Assembly: GCA_977017645.1 (NCBI GenBank) | Contig: OZ360238.1 | Location: 42,966,001-43,030,000, forward strand | DNA: 64,000 nucleotides | Origin: Torpedo marmorata | Taxonomy: Eukaryota | Direction of reading: 5' to 3' | Shown here: piece after piece, positions 49,254 through 62,859 of the stretch | How the letters are laid out: each line of letters starts with the position of its first letter | Position numbering within the stretch: the stretch's first letter is position 1 | Program-made: the position numbers and the translations under genes | The notes under the pieces: model-generated | What the model saw: the letters and a program-made list of their open reading frames with translations, nothing else | The model's database searches: none | What the model was told of the DNA's origin: nothing

Positions 49254-50536
49254 TAGTTTACACAAAAATACTGGAGAAACTCAGCAAGTCATGCAGTGTT
49301 CTTTATGGAGCAAAGATAAATATACATTACCAAAGTTTCAGGCCTGAGCCCTTCAACAACAACCTTGCACTCAACGTCAGCAAAACCAAGGAAATGATTG
49401 TGGACTTCAGGAGGAAGTCAGGGGAACACGACCCAGTCCTCATTGAGGGCTCAGTAGTGGAGAGGGTCAAGAACTTCAAATTCCTGGGTGTCAACATCTC
49501 CGAAGATCTGTCCTGCAGCCTCCACGTTGATGCAATCACAAAGAAGGCTCGTCAGCGGCTATACTTTGTGAGGTGTCTGCGGAGATTCGGTATGTCACCG
49601 AAGACTCTCGTAAACTTATACAGGTGTACCGTGGAGAGCATTCTGGCTGGTTGCATCACTGCCTGGTATTGAGGCGCCAACTCTCAGGACAAGAATAAAC
49701 TCCAGAGGGTTGTTAACTCGGCCTGTGACATCACAGGCACCAGACTTCACTCCGTCGAGGACATTTACATGAGGTGGTGTCTTAAAAAAGCAGCCTCTAT
49801 ACTCAAAGACCCCCACCACCCAGGCCATGCCCTCTTCACTCTGCTACCATCAGGAAAAAGGTACAGGAGCCTAAAGACGAGCACTCAACGGCCCCGCTGC
49901 CATCAGATTCCTGAATAATCAATTAACCAAAGACACTGACTTACTTTTCGTGCAACATTATTTATATATTTTTTTATAGTAATGTCGTAAGATGGTTATA
50001 ATATGAATGTTTGCACTATGATGCTGCCGCAAAACACCGCATTTCATGACTTGTTCATGACAATAAATTCTGATTCTGATCAAGGTATGAGCTAAAAGCA
50101 TGCAGATGCTGAATAAAATGATGGGGGGAGGAGCACAGGGCTACAGGCAAGAGGTCATAGGGGGATAGGGGTGGGAGGGCACAAGAGAAAAAAGCTGAGA
50201 AGTGATAGGGCAGGGGATAGTTCTCTGAATGGATAGGGTGGGGGGGGGAGCGTGGGTGGGAATGGAGGTTTTGAGAAGTTAGGGGGAAGTGGAGGGTTGG
50301 GGAGGTCGACTTGCCTGTGGGACTGTGCTCCTCCCCCTGCCCCTCCGTGCCCACACCATTTTATCCAGGTGCCTGCCTGCTTTTACTTCATACCTTGGTG
50401 AAGGGCTCAGGCCCGAAACGTTGCTTATGTATCTTTATCTTTGTTACCTAAAGAACGCTGCATGACTTATTGAGTTTCTCCATCATTTTTGTGCAAACTA
50501 TAATCACAGTGTTTGCAGATTTTTGCATTTAATTCG
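49254..50536. mobile_element. Palindromic PLE terminal-repeat element nested in the older PLE
   Basis: Inverted arms; TSD ctg(t/c)aggaatg (49243-49253 and 50537-50547); hammerhead-like motif at 50391-50425. Confidence 0.82.
49356..50079 (+). mobile_element. Rex1/Babar-like LINE 3' fragment, (ATTCTG)n family
   Basis: MIVDFRRK...FKFLGVNISEDLS; caataaattctgattctga tail. Confidence 0.94.
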
Positions 50537-51904
50537 CTGCAGGAATGGTCGGCTACAGGAAGCTCAAGGTTAGACCCATAAACAGTGCGTAGATGTTCGG
50601 CGAAGTGGTCACCTTATCTGTGTTTGGTCTCACCGATGTAGAGGAAGCCACACCAAGTACATCGAAAGCAGTAGATTAGGTTGCACGATGTGTATGCAGA
50701 GCTCTGCCTTGCCTGGAAGGTCTGTTTGTGGCCCTGGGTGGAGGTGAGGGGGGAGATGTAAAGACAGCTTTTGCACTTTCTACAATTAAAGCGAAAAGTG
50801 AGAGGGGGTGATGGTAGGGTGGGTGGGGATGGAAGAGCAGACTTGTGATTCTCGGAGAGAGTTATCCCTATTGTTAAAAGATAGAAAAAACGTGCACAGT
50901 CAGAATTTCTTAAAGTATGTTACAGCTGATGTGGTCAGTTGCTGGTTACACATATAGACCAAGACCAGGTTCAGCACAAATGAGGAAGTGAGCGTGGGAC
51001 TGCAACAAAAAAAAACTGGAAAAAAAAACTGCAGATGCTGAAAACCCTAAATAAAACTGGAAAATGCGGAAAAAAAACATTCACCAGGTCAGGGAACATC
51101 AATGGAGTAAGAATGGAGTCCACATTTTAAATCAATGATTTTCCCACTTGCTTACAATGTCAAGTTCAAGCATTTTTTCTTTTTATCCGGATAGGGACAT
51201 CATGATGTGTGTGACTTGGTTAACTGTCAGGCTGTTCTTTGCATCCTTTCTCATTCATAAATTAAAGTAGCCAAAGTGCCTATATTTTTACCTAAAAACT
51301 GTGGTTTACAATTAATTAGGATTTCCCCTTTTCTTAACATATCGGTTCTCCTGAAAGGGGGCTTTCCCTAACTTCAGAGTTGAGCATTAGTTGAGTTATA
51401 CATTCCCTCAAACACAATGTCGTAGTGGGAGTGAGAAAAGACATCAATACTTCTTACAGCTCACCTCTTCATCTCCTCACAATGATTAACAATGGGAAGT
51501 GCGGTCGTGATATCTAAAAATTGATACAAAGGCCTTTTTTGTGGTTCTACCAATTAAGAAAGGATGAGTAAAAAGGCACAGATTATGTCATGCATTTCTT
51601 TATGTTTATGCTGTGTAAAGCCTGTGATCCCGTTGTTATACATCTCATGTGCTTGTAACACTTTCATGATTAACGTATGTCCTTTTGACTGATATTCAGT
51701 ATATTGTCTTATTTGGCTGATCCCAATATAACTAATGAACATCTCATGTGACTAATATGTATTTATCTGTGGATTACATATAACTAACATACCGGTATTT
51801 CCTTTCATGAGACGACATGCATCTCTCATGAGACTAAAATAATTCTTTAATGCGACTAGCCTCAATCCTTTAATTTGAGAGCCAAGAGGTAGGACAATTC
51901 CCAA

Positions 51905-52477
51905 TGTTGCAATCACGAAGAAGGCTCGCCATCAGTTATACTTTGTGAGGAGTTTGAGGAGATTTGGTATGAAACCAAAGACTCTTGAAAACTTCTACAG
52001 GCGTATCGTGGAGAGCATTCCGACTGGTTGCATCACTGTCTGGTATGGAGGTGCCAATGTTCAGGACTAGAAAAAACTCCAGAGGGTTGTTAACTCGGCC
52101 TGCAACATCGTGGGCACCAGTTATCATTCCATCGAGGATATTTACAAGAGGCGGTGTCTTAAGAAAGCAGCCTCTATCCTCAAGGACCTCCACCACCCAG
52201 GCCGTGCCCTCTTCACTCTGCTAACGTCGGAAAAAAGGTACAGAAGCCTGAAGACGAGCACTCAGTGACACAAGGACAGCTTCTTCCCCTCTGCCATCAG
52301 ATTTCTGAATGAACAATGAACCATAGACACTACCTTACTTTATCTTTTTCTTTTTCTTGCACTATTTTTATTTATTTATTTTGTAATGTGGTTTATATAA
52401 ATGTTTGCACTGTGATGCTGCCACAAAACAATGAATTTTGTGACATGTTCAATGCAATAAATTCTGATTCTGATTCT
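51905..52477 (+). mobile_element. Rex1/Babar-like LINE 3' fragment (related subfamily)
   Basis: tactttgtgaggagtttgaggagatttggtatg...; aataaattctgattctgattc tail. Confidence 0.9.
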
Positions 52478-53019
52478 TATTTATTGTCATTCCTATTCCT
52501 GTTCCAGCTCATGTTCGCATAACTTTCAATGAGGGTGAAGAGATCTCCAGCTCCAGTTCAGTCCCCATGTACATTTACATTGATAACAGATGGGACCCTT
52601 TTCCTTGCCCTTGGTTCAGGATTCCGCCATTTATACACAGAGCGATGGTGACAAGGCAGATGACCTTCTGTGTCCCATTCACCTTCGCACTGACCTATCA
52701 GTGTGAAAACTGGTTCAGCCATTGCAAGCCAATTCCATCCCTGTCTGCTGCAGCTTATTGCCAATGATTCAACAAAGCAAGAAGAAAAAGAAAACAATTC
52801 TTAAAGTGAACCGAAAGAACAAACTTTGCAAAGAATAGCAACAAGGTAGAAATTAGTACTTCGGTAGTAACTTTCATGCCTCACCCCTTCCACTCATTGA
52901 ACATCATATCAGCTCGTAATAACAACAGCTAGCCCTTCTAAATTGCTTTTAATATTGCTGAGTATCCTGAGTTATTTTGAATGGACATTATCAGTTGAAG
53001 TTAATTCAGATACAGAAGA

Positions 53020-53232
53020 GCTCATACAAACCTTCCGTGACTGAACTATTTAGTTAACAATAATATTTATTTATTTTAATATTTGTACGTACAAACTGTG
53101 CATATGTGTCATTTGTCTGAATGTGTGTTATGTCTGTATGTGTGTTTACAGTGTGTTGCACCGAGGACCGGAGAGCGCTGTTTCGTCAGGTTGTACTTGT
53201 ACAATTGGAAGATAAATAAACTTGAACTTGAG
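53020..53232 (+). mobile_element. Rex1-like LINE 3'UTR fragment
   Basis: gcaccgaggaccggagagcgctgtttcgtc...aataaacttgaacttga, matching 17570-17640. Confidence 0.8.
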
Positions 53233-55207
53233 AAGAGGAATTATTAGGACAGGTAATCTACATAACAAAATAAAAAATGGGAGCAGGAGTCAGCCATCTG
53301 GCCCATTGAGCCTGCTCTGCTATTTAATAAGATCACGGCTGATCGAGCTGTGGACTTAGTTCCACTTACCAGCCTTTTCCATGCAACCCTTAATTTTTCT
53401 ATGATGCAGAACTCGATGCAACTGTGTCTTAATCTGAGGTAAGAGACAGGTGGGGAGGTTTAGTGAGAGGCTCAAGAGATACAGTCCCAGGCAGCTGAAT
53501 AGTGGAGTAAAGTTGCAGAGTTGGGAGAATGTATTCTCAGTGGCTTTTTGACACTAGAGATGATAGCAGAAACAGGGAGAGTCCATTCTGTAGCAGGACT
53601 CGAACCGGAGAATGATCATTTAAAAAATAACCTGTCAGGTCCATGACTCCATTACCTGACTGAATCATTTGGTTTATTAAATCTGTAATGAGTATTCCCA
53701 TCAACAGCTCTCTGGGGAATTGGATGATAGCTGCAAGAAGAGTGTGAGGAGCAAGAGAGAATTAAAAGTCCATTCTTCCAAGGTTTGCACAGACATTTAT
53801 GTTTTAAGATGCACTGTCCATCAAATCTTGATCTTAAGAATGTTGGCACACTGCAGTCCCACACAGCACTCTGCTCACCATTCATTATATTAAGCATTTA
53901 ATATGGAAATCAGCTTGTCACAAAACTGATACGCAGGGAAGCTGAGACCAGAAAAAGTAATTTAGACTAATCGTATTGGGGGAGGGGAGAAAATAAAAAA
54001 AAAGGATTGGAATTTTCTGTGAGAATTTACAATTTTCTTTTCCCCACATTCTGCCCATCAAGACTTAGAGAAGGTTAAGAAAGGGACAGCAAGAGTGAAT
54101 CAAACAGTAATGTAATACAAGCTTTTCAACAATGCACCATGTTCAAGGTCAGAGGGCTTTTGCACAGAATGCACTTTATACACCAGGGAGAATTGCAATC
54201 TGACTCAACCCTTTTAGAATAATGATTAAATAATTACCTCTTTAAACACAAGTGTCTAGATCACTGGGAATTGAAGTTGAGGCATTCAGGAATTAGTCAG
54301 CATAAGCCCCCACTGTTTATATTCCTCAACTGCGGTATGGAACCATCTTTTCCTTCTTCCTTCTATTGTCTGCCAGGTCTTCACATACAGACCAGGACAG
54401 GATGCATGGTGACCAAAGCTTCATGAGCCTGGCAAAGTGGCTCTCCAGAATAGGGCTTTAAATCACAATCAGGACTTTGGTCCAAGACTGATCTCCCACA
54501 GGCATTGGCGATAATCAAAGACCCCAGCAGCTAACCCTGGCTGGGGCTGCATGATTCAGCGTGGATCTGGGATTGGACAGCTTGAATAGATTTATTTTTA
54601 TATGTCATAATTAATTTGTTTTCATTTGACAGGAAGAATCCAGTTTCATGTTGAATATTGCACTAATTTCTTTTCTTTTGCCAAGAATTCTCTCTAATAA
54701 TTTACAAATAGTGAAAATGACATCCAGATTCATAGTTATCAGGGAGATTTGCTGATTTTACAGAGGTCTTGTCCCATTATATTAATTCAGCTGAGCTAAA
54801 GAGATGTCATTTTTAAAGGCCTTGTTTTATTTTGGTCGAGAGGAAGAACTATTTTACTGAAGTTTAAGTGCCTTTTCAAAAATAGTTCGAAGATTGTGTG
54901 GATCAAAATCACCGAGATTGGAAGGTTATCTGATCAATTTTATTTGCAGAAAATAATATGTAATTTCACGTAATTTGTAACTTTTCATAAGAAGTGAGGG
55001 ATGAAATAAAGTGTCCTTTCCTATAGTAATGAAAAGTTCTTGAAAATTTGATGTAAGGATGAAGGAGGCAGAGATACTCCTTGGAACAGAGAAAATACAG
55101 GGTTATACAGTAGGGAAATTCTAGGCAGTTGATGGAGTCAGTTATTGTGTCAGCGCAACACTGTGGACGAAGGGATGTACTGTGCTGTAGATTTCTATGT
55201 TCTATGA

Positions 55208-55530
55208 TTCAAGATTCAAGATTCCTTTATTGTCATATAATAGTACAGATCATGCAATATTACACCAAATTGCCTTCTGCCTGCCGTAGGTCAGACAGAG
55301 AGTCGCCATTAATGTCACCGGCATCCCTTACAGTACGAGAGAAAGAGAAGCAAAAGAGAGTCCCTTCAGAGTCACTGAGTGTCCGTCGATTCAACTCCAG
55401 TGCTCCCGCAGCCGCTGCAGCTGCACAGACTCTTGTTCGATTCATTGGCATCCGAAGCTCCAGATCCAAACCTCTGACATGATCAGGAAGCCTTCAGAAC
55501 CTGAGTCCCTTCAGGAGCCTTTCTTGCCCT
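55208..55530 (-). mobile_element. 5'-truncated relative of the GC-rich retroposon at 26895
   Basis: ttcaagattcaagattcctttattgtca tail; gagaaagagaagcaaaagagagtccc is the reverse complement of 27591-27616. Confidence 0.8.
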
Positions 55531-56177
55531 CAGTCGTTAAGAAGTGCCTTTCCAAAAGGAACCATTTCAATTTATTGGGAGGGGATGCCATTGAGAGAAT
55601 GATCTGTTCAAACTGAAAGTCTCCTACAACTTGTTTTTATATTTCAAAAACATTGGAAGATGTTACAAAAAAAATTCTGACGTATGGCCGCATATCCAGG
55701 CACTTCGCAGATTTTAAGGAATGTCTTAAAGGAAGTACGAGGGAGATGGAAAGAGGTTACAGATGGAATTTGTGAGCTTAATAATTGAAGGCATTGAGTA
55801 TCACATTACTTTTGTTGGAAATACACAACACATTGTGGAATTTCAATTTGATTTTCAGCCAGATTACCTAGGTAGAATCATGCATAATTCCAATAAAAGA
55901 TTGACACATCTAAAACAATGAATGTGTTGCACTTTTAACTACTCGCTTATAAAAGAGCACAAATGATTCCTAATGCAGATCAAAGTATTAATGGAAGGTA
56001 ATGAGCAAGTGAAACCGAGTGCATCAAATCATCGATTGAAGATCTGCTCATTTCCTGACAGACGTGAGGCCTGGAGAGAGTCAGGGAGTTATGGGCAAAA
56101 GGTAGAAAGTGTTGAGGCCAAGATCCAGTCAGCCATATTCATTTTGAATGGTTTATGATGCTGTGCAGGATCTGCTT

Positions 56178-59100
56178 TCTTTCTTTTTAAAATACTTTTA
56201 TTGATTTTATACATTAAAAAAAACCAGTACATAGTTCATATGGAATGAAAAACGTAAGTAAAAAATTACACAAATCAACATATTACATCACATCCATAAA
56301 AACATAACAAAGTAAATATAATATACAAAGACAAAAAAAAACAACAAAAGATAAAAAACAAAAACAAAAGTCAAAAATCAAAAGTTACCGGTAATCAAAA
56401 CCCCATCCCACGTGCACCCCAAGGATGTGTGCTTAGCCCACTGCTCTACTCGTTATACACCCATGACTGTGTTGCCAGGCACAATTCCAATGCCATCAAC
56501 AAGTTTGCCGATGACACCACAGTTGTCAGCAGAATCACAAACGGCAATGAGGAAGCGTACAGGAGGGAGATAGATCAGCTCGTTGAATGGTGTAACGACA
56601 ACAACCTTGAGCTCAATGTCAGCAAAACCAAGGAAATGATTGTGGACTTCAGGAGGAAGTCAAGGGAACACGACCCAGTCCTCATCGAGGGCTCAGTAGT
56701 GGAGAGGGTCAAGAACTTCAAATTCCTGGGTGTCAACATCTCCAAGGATCTGTCCTGGAGCCTCCATGTTGATGCAATCACAAAGAAAGCTCGCCAGCAG
56801 CTATAATTTGTGAGGTGTCCGAGGAAATTCGGTATGTCACCAAAGACTCTCGTAAACTTATACAGGTGTACCATGGAAAGCATTCTAGCTGGTTGCATCA
56901 CTGCCTGGTATGGAGGCGCCAACTCTCAGGACAAGATAAACTCCAGAGGGTTGTTAACTCGGGCTGTGACATCACAGGCACCAGGCTTCACTCCATCGAG
57001 GATATCTACACAAGGCGGTGTCTTAAAAAAGCAGCCTCTATCCTCAAGGACCTCCACCACCCAGGCCATGCCCTCTTCACTCTGCTACCATCGGGAAAAA
57101 AGGTACAGGAGCCTAAAGGCGAGCACTCTACGGCATAAGGACAGCTTCTTCCTCGCTGCCATCAGATTCCTGAATAACCAATGAACCAAAGACACTGCCT
57201 TACTTTTGTGCACTATTATTTATATATATTTTTTTATAGTAATGTCGTAAGATGTTTATAATATGAATGTTTGCATTATGTTGCTGCCGCAAAACACCGA
57301 ATTTCATGATTTGTTCATGACAATAAATTCTGATTCTGATTCTAACAACGTTGCATGGCAGAAAGAAACAACAATAAACTTCACTCCTAAAAGTGAAATG
57401 AAAAAAGCCAACAAAACTCAGATTATAAATTATATCTAAAGATTGTGATAATAATTCAAAAATGGTCCCCACAACGCTTGGAATCTTATGCTAGAATTAT
57501 TAATTGAATATCGAATCTTTTCCAAACTTTACCAAAACATAATATCTTTCAGCCACTGAGCATGAGTAGGCGGGGTGGTGTCCTTCCACCTGAGTAGTAC
57601 AGCACGTCTAGCCAAAAGAGAAGTAAAAGGCAAGATGCGACATTTATTTGGAGTCAACAAAACATCTTCTCCCGTTGTACCGAAAAGAGCTACCAAAGGA
57701 TTCGGTTCTAACTTTATATCAAAGATTAAAGATAAAGTTTGGAAAACCTCCTTCCAGTACTTTTCAAGATTAGGACAGGACCAAAACATGTGAATTAAAG
57801 AGGCCTCATCTCTCTTGCATTTATCACAACACGAATTTACCTCTGGATAGATATGAGATAATTTGGCTTTGGAAATATGGGCCCTGTATACAACTTTAAA
57901 TTGTAATAAACAATGGTGGGCACATAACGACGTAGTATTGACTAACCTAAAAATTGAATCCCAGATCTCTTCCGACATGGACAAATTTAAATCCTGTTCC
58001 CAAGCATTTTTAATTTTAAGTATCGGGGCATACCTTAGGTCAGCCATTTCATTATAAATAAAGGATATTAAACCTTTACGCGAAGGTTGTAAACTAAAAA
58101 ACGTATCCACGACATTCACATCTGGTGCCCTAGGAAAACTAGGTATTTGAGATTGAAGAAAATGCCTGATTTGCAAATATCTAAAAAATGAGTATTCGGT
58201 AAATTGTACTTCTCAGAGAGTTGTTGAAATGATGCAAAACACTGAATTTCATGACTTGCTCATGACAATAAATTCTGATTCTGATACTGATTCTGAACTA
58301 TTATCAAAAAAAATCTCTGAAACGTTCAATATCCTTTATATGCCAAATTTGAAAAGCAGAATCTTGCAAAGCTGGTTGGAAAAGGTAATTGAATAAAATC
58401 AGACTTGAAAGAAAAAAAATCATGAAATCCAAAATGCTTCCTGAACTGAATCCATACTCTCACAGAGTATCTGACAACTGGATTGTCAATTGACTTATTG
58501 AAAGAAAAAGGGAGTGAAGATCCAAGAAGCGCTGGATTGGAAAACATTTCAGCGAAGTTAAGCTCCATTGTAACCCATGATGGACAATCGACTCGGTTAT
58601 GAAAATATAACTAAAACGTGAGGTTACGTATATTGACCGCCCAATAATAAAACCTAAAGTTAGGTAGCACCATGCCTCCATTCCTTTTCGATTTTTGTAA
58701 ATTAACTTTATTTAGACGAGGGCGCTTACCCTTCCAAATATAAAATGATATAACTGAATCAGGCGAGCCAAAAAACGATTTAGGAATAAAAATTGGTATA
58801 GATTGAAAAAGGTATAAAAATTTAGGTAGAATATTCATTTTAATAGAATTAATACGGCCAACCAAAGTTATAGACGGGGAGACCAATGTGTGAAAGATTG
58901 TTTCACATGATTTAATAAGTTAAGAAAATTTTCTTTGAAAAGATGTTTATGATTTTTAGTAACTATGATATCAAGATAAATTAATTGATTTTTCACAATC
59001 TTAAAAGGAGAACTAGTATACACTGAAGCAGATGCATTCAAAGGAAGAAGTTCACTTTTATGTAAATTTAAGTTATATCCTGAAAACTGACTAAACTGAG

Positions 59101-59262
59101 AGAGTAATGACAACATATGGGGAAAGGAGGTATCAGGGTCTGATATGTAAAGTAAAAGATCATCCGCATAGAGAGAGACTTTATGTTCAATCCCCTTCCT
59201 CCAAATCCCAGAGATATCTTGACACTCCCGAAACACAATCGCTAATGGCTCTATGACCAGAT
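56178..59262 (-). mobile_element. L1 3' part, frameshifted, interrupted twice by Rex1-like sequence
   Basis: HKVSLYADD, GRINSIKMNILPKFLYLFQ, CDKC..HMFWSC; T-rich tail at 56178. Confidence 0.93.
56411..57342 (+). mobile_element. Rex1/Babar-like LINE 3' fragment, (ATTCTG)n family
   Basis: [13 protein letters not shown]...KFADDTT; (ATTCTG)n tail. Confidence 0.95.
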
Positions 59263-59744
59263 CTCCTTGTTTCAGCACCTGAACTGCTTGATTGCACTAA
59301 TCCAAGGGATATTTTACAAATGAGGTGCTTGCACAGAAATTTGATACCACTCTACTTCAATAAATTCTGGGTACATTTTACCATTTGCAACCCCAGCAGA
59401 TACCCCTCAGTCGTGCATCCTTTAAATGTAACTTTGTTTATTACTTTGCAATGTGAGCCTAATGACTGGGATTCAGGGACTAAAACAGAAGGCTGGTTAC
59501 GAACCTAAATATTAGTCTCTTGAACCCAATTGCATAATGGCCTATGTAAAGTCGGACAGAAGGAATACTACCACTGTGTCTTTGGTGCGAGCTATCAGCT
59601 ACCCTTTAACATTGATCCCCACATTCCCATCAACTCTTACCCGATTTTACCACTCACCTACATACTAGGGCCAATTTACTGTGGCTAATTAACCTTCTAG
59701 CTCATGTGTATTTGAGATGGGGGCAGGAAACCAGAATAAGGATT

Positions 59745-59992
59745 GAGATGAGGGAGAAACTTCTTCACACAAAGAGTTGTGAACTTGTGGAACTCCCAAC
59801 CAGAGAAAGTTGCTGAGGCCACTTCATTTGATTTATTCAAAAGGGATCCCTTGTAGCTAAAGAGATCAAGGGGTATGGAGAGAAAGCAGGAATAAGGTGC
59901 TGGTCAAATGGTCAGCCATGACCATGTTGAACGGTGGAATAGGCTCAAAGGGCTGAATGGATTTCACTTGCTTCTATTTTCCATGTTTCTAT
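59745..59992 (+). mobile_element. CR1 3' fragment
   Basis: gagatgagggagaaacttcttcacacaaagagttgtgaacttgtggaactc...ggctcaaagggctgaatgg. Confidence 0.8.
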
Positions 59993-60039
59993 GTTTAACA
60001 GGAGGAAACCCATGTGTTCATAGAATCATGGAGTCTCTT

Positions 60040-60745
60040 AACACATGTATAGCACAGACGTGGGTACTCTCTGACCTAATGCTGGCAAATGGGATTGACA
60101 CAGATGACTGTCTACACTCATCCCCTTTGCTTGCATTAGGCCCATGCCTTCTCCACCGTTCCTATCTGAGCACGTCCAAATGACTTATAAATGTTGCATT
60201 TTTTGTCTGCTGCAACTACTTTCTCTGGCACCTCATTCCAAATAACCACCACCTTCTCTGTGAGATCTCCAATACCTTTATTCTCCTCACATTAAACCTG
60301 TGCCCTCTCGCTCTCATCTCCCCTGTCCGCTATCTATCCTATCTATGCCCCTCATAATATTATAAGCATCCATTAGGTCACCACTCAGCCTCCTACATTC
60401 CAGTGGGAATAGGTCCACCCTTTCCAAGCTCTCATAACTACAGCCCTCCATCCAGGCAGCATCCTGCTTAATCTTTTCTGAAGTAAATCACGAAAATCTG
60501 TAGACACCGTGGTACCACATCTTTCCTCTTGTGTGCCGACCAGAATTGTACACAATGCTCCAGGTGCAGTCAAACCAACGATTTGCACAATGACAACTTG
60601 ATGTCTCAACTCATATACTCAATGCCGTGGCCCATGAAGGCACACAGACCAAATGCCTTCTTCTGTATCCTATCCACTTGCTCTGCCAATTAAGGGAATA
60701 ATAAACTTGCACCCCAAACTCCCTTTGCAATGTGAGCTATTTATT
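60040..60745 (-). mobile_element. Decayed CR1 fragment
   Basis: cagaattgtacacaatgctccagg (LEHCVQF) and gcctcctacattccagtggga (PLECRRL) on the minus strand. Confidence 0.7.
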
Positions 60746-60763
60746 CTCCGTTCTCCCGAATTT

Positions 60764-62032
60764 GAATCAGAATCAGAATCAGAATCAGAATTTATTGTCA
60801 TGAACATGTCATGAAATTCGGTGTTTTGTGGCAGCATCATAGTGCAAATATTCATATTTTAACCATCTTACGACAATACTATAAAATATATATATAAATA
60901 ATAGTGCATGAAAAGTAAGGCAGTGTCTTTGGTTAATTGATTATTCAGGAATCTGATGGCAGTGGGGAAGAAGCTGTCCTTGTGCCGTTGAGTGCTCGTC
61001 TTTCGGCTCCTGTACCTTTTTCCCGATGGTAGCAGAGTGAAGAGGGCATGGCCTGGGTGGTGGGGGTCTTTGTGGACAGAGGCTGCTTTTTTAAGACACC
61101 GCCTCATGTAGATGTCCTCAATGGAGTGAAGTCTGGTCCCTGTTATGTCACAGTCCGAGTTAACAACCCTCTGGAGTTTATTCTTGTCCTGAGAGTTGGC
61201 GCCTCCATACCAGGCAGTGATGCAACCAGCCAGAAAACTCTCCACGGTACACCTGTAGAAGTTTACGAGAGTCTTTGGTGACATACCGAATATACTCAGA
61301 CACCTCACAAAGTATAGCTGCTGGCGAGCCTTCTTTGTGATTGCATCAACGTGGATGCTCCAGAACAGATCCTCGGAGATGTTGACACCCAGGAATTTGA
61401 AGTTCTTGACCCTCTCCACTACTGAGCCCTCGATGAGGACTGGGTCGTGTTCCCTTGACTTCCTCCTGAAGTCCACAATCATTTCCTTGGTTTTGCTGAC
61501 GTTGAGCTCAAGGTTGTTGTCGTTACACTATTCAACGAGCTGATCTATCTCCCTCCTGTACGCTTCCTCATTACCGTTTGTGATTCTGCTGACAACTGTG
61601 GTGTCACCGGCAAACTTGTAGATGGCATTGGAATTGTGCATGGCCACACAGTCATGGGTGTATAACGAGTAGAGCAGTGGGCTAAGCACACATCCTTGGG
61701 GTGCGCCTGTGTTGAGACGTTGTTTCCAATTCGTACTGACTGTGGTCTTCCGATGAGAAAGTCAAGGATCCAGTTGCAGAGGTGGGTACAGAGGCCTAGA
61801 GTTTGTAGCTTCTTGACCAGCACCGAGGGAATAATGGTATTGAAGGCCAAGCTGTAGTCGATGAAGAGCAGCCGTATGTATGAATTGCTGTTTTCGAGGT
61901 GATCCAGAGCTGAGTGGAGAGCCAGTGATATTGCATCTGCTGTGGAGCGATTGTGACGATAGGCGAATTGCAGTGGGTCCAGATCTTTGCTTAGGTACGT
62001 GTTAATTCTGGCCATGACCAGCCTCTCAAAGA
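60764..62032 (-). mobile_element. Rex1/Babar-like LINE 3' part, (ATTCTG)n family
   Basis: [27 protein letters not shown]...; gaatcagaatcagaatc tail. Confidence 0.95.
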
Positions 62033-62859
62033 CTTTGTGTCACAGACAGCACCAGAGGTCACGATCAAACACAGGTCGTGGACCTCTGAAACAGCAACTC
62101 ATCTCGGACCACCCACTGTGCCACCCAGCATCATCATGCCTCATACAAACTGGCCCATTCCTCCCACTCCAACCCATAAGAGCTCCTGTAATTCAGTTTG
62201 AAAATAGAGAAAGTAAGACTAAGTTAACACCACAGGTCTATTACTGTAGAGAGCTCAAGGAGAAAGTTTTGGGTGGGGCTGGAAGGAAAACAGGTCAGAC
62301 TTTGCAGCTGCCACAGATATCAGTTGTGGAACATGACTATCTGAAGTCACCGTACAATAATTTGCCAGCGTAAAGGTGCTCATGCAGCAGCAGCAGAGAG
62401 ATGTTTGGTTCTGCATCTCCAGCTGATGAAAGACTTCACAGTGAAAGCAGAGGTAGGTAATGAAACATTCATATGTGTCCAATGAACATGTGCATGCACA
62501 TATACGCAGACACACACGCACACAGAAATGTGCATACATCCACGCGCGCACGCATGCACACACACACGTATGATGTAGCTCAATGGGTCAAAGATATGTC
62601 AAAGTCAGTAGGGATAGCAGATGCCCTGTACAACTGCAGGGAAACATAAGACAGGCATGAGATCAGAAGGGAACAAAGCTTGTCTCGCATAATATGTTCT
62701 GTGTGGCTCCACAAAAAAAATTAGAGAAGTGATAATGTGGCCCCAGGTGTACAAGTTAGAAACTACCTGTTGCATATTAATTTACATTTTAAATCATAAT
62801 TATGCTGGTAAATGTTGGCACAAGGTTCAGTTCAAGAAAACTCATGAGTTTTTTCAGGT

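Larger units (their letters stand above)
48825..50870 (-). mobile_element. Old Penelope-like element hosting nested insertions
   Basis: Minus-strand YIGETK.R.GDHFAEHL remnant near 50590-50640. Terminal repeat at 48825-48925. Confidence 0.75.
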
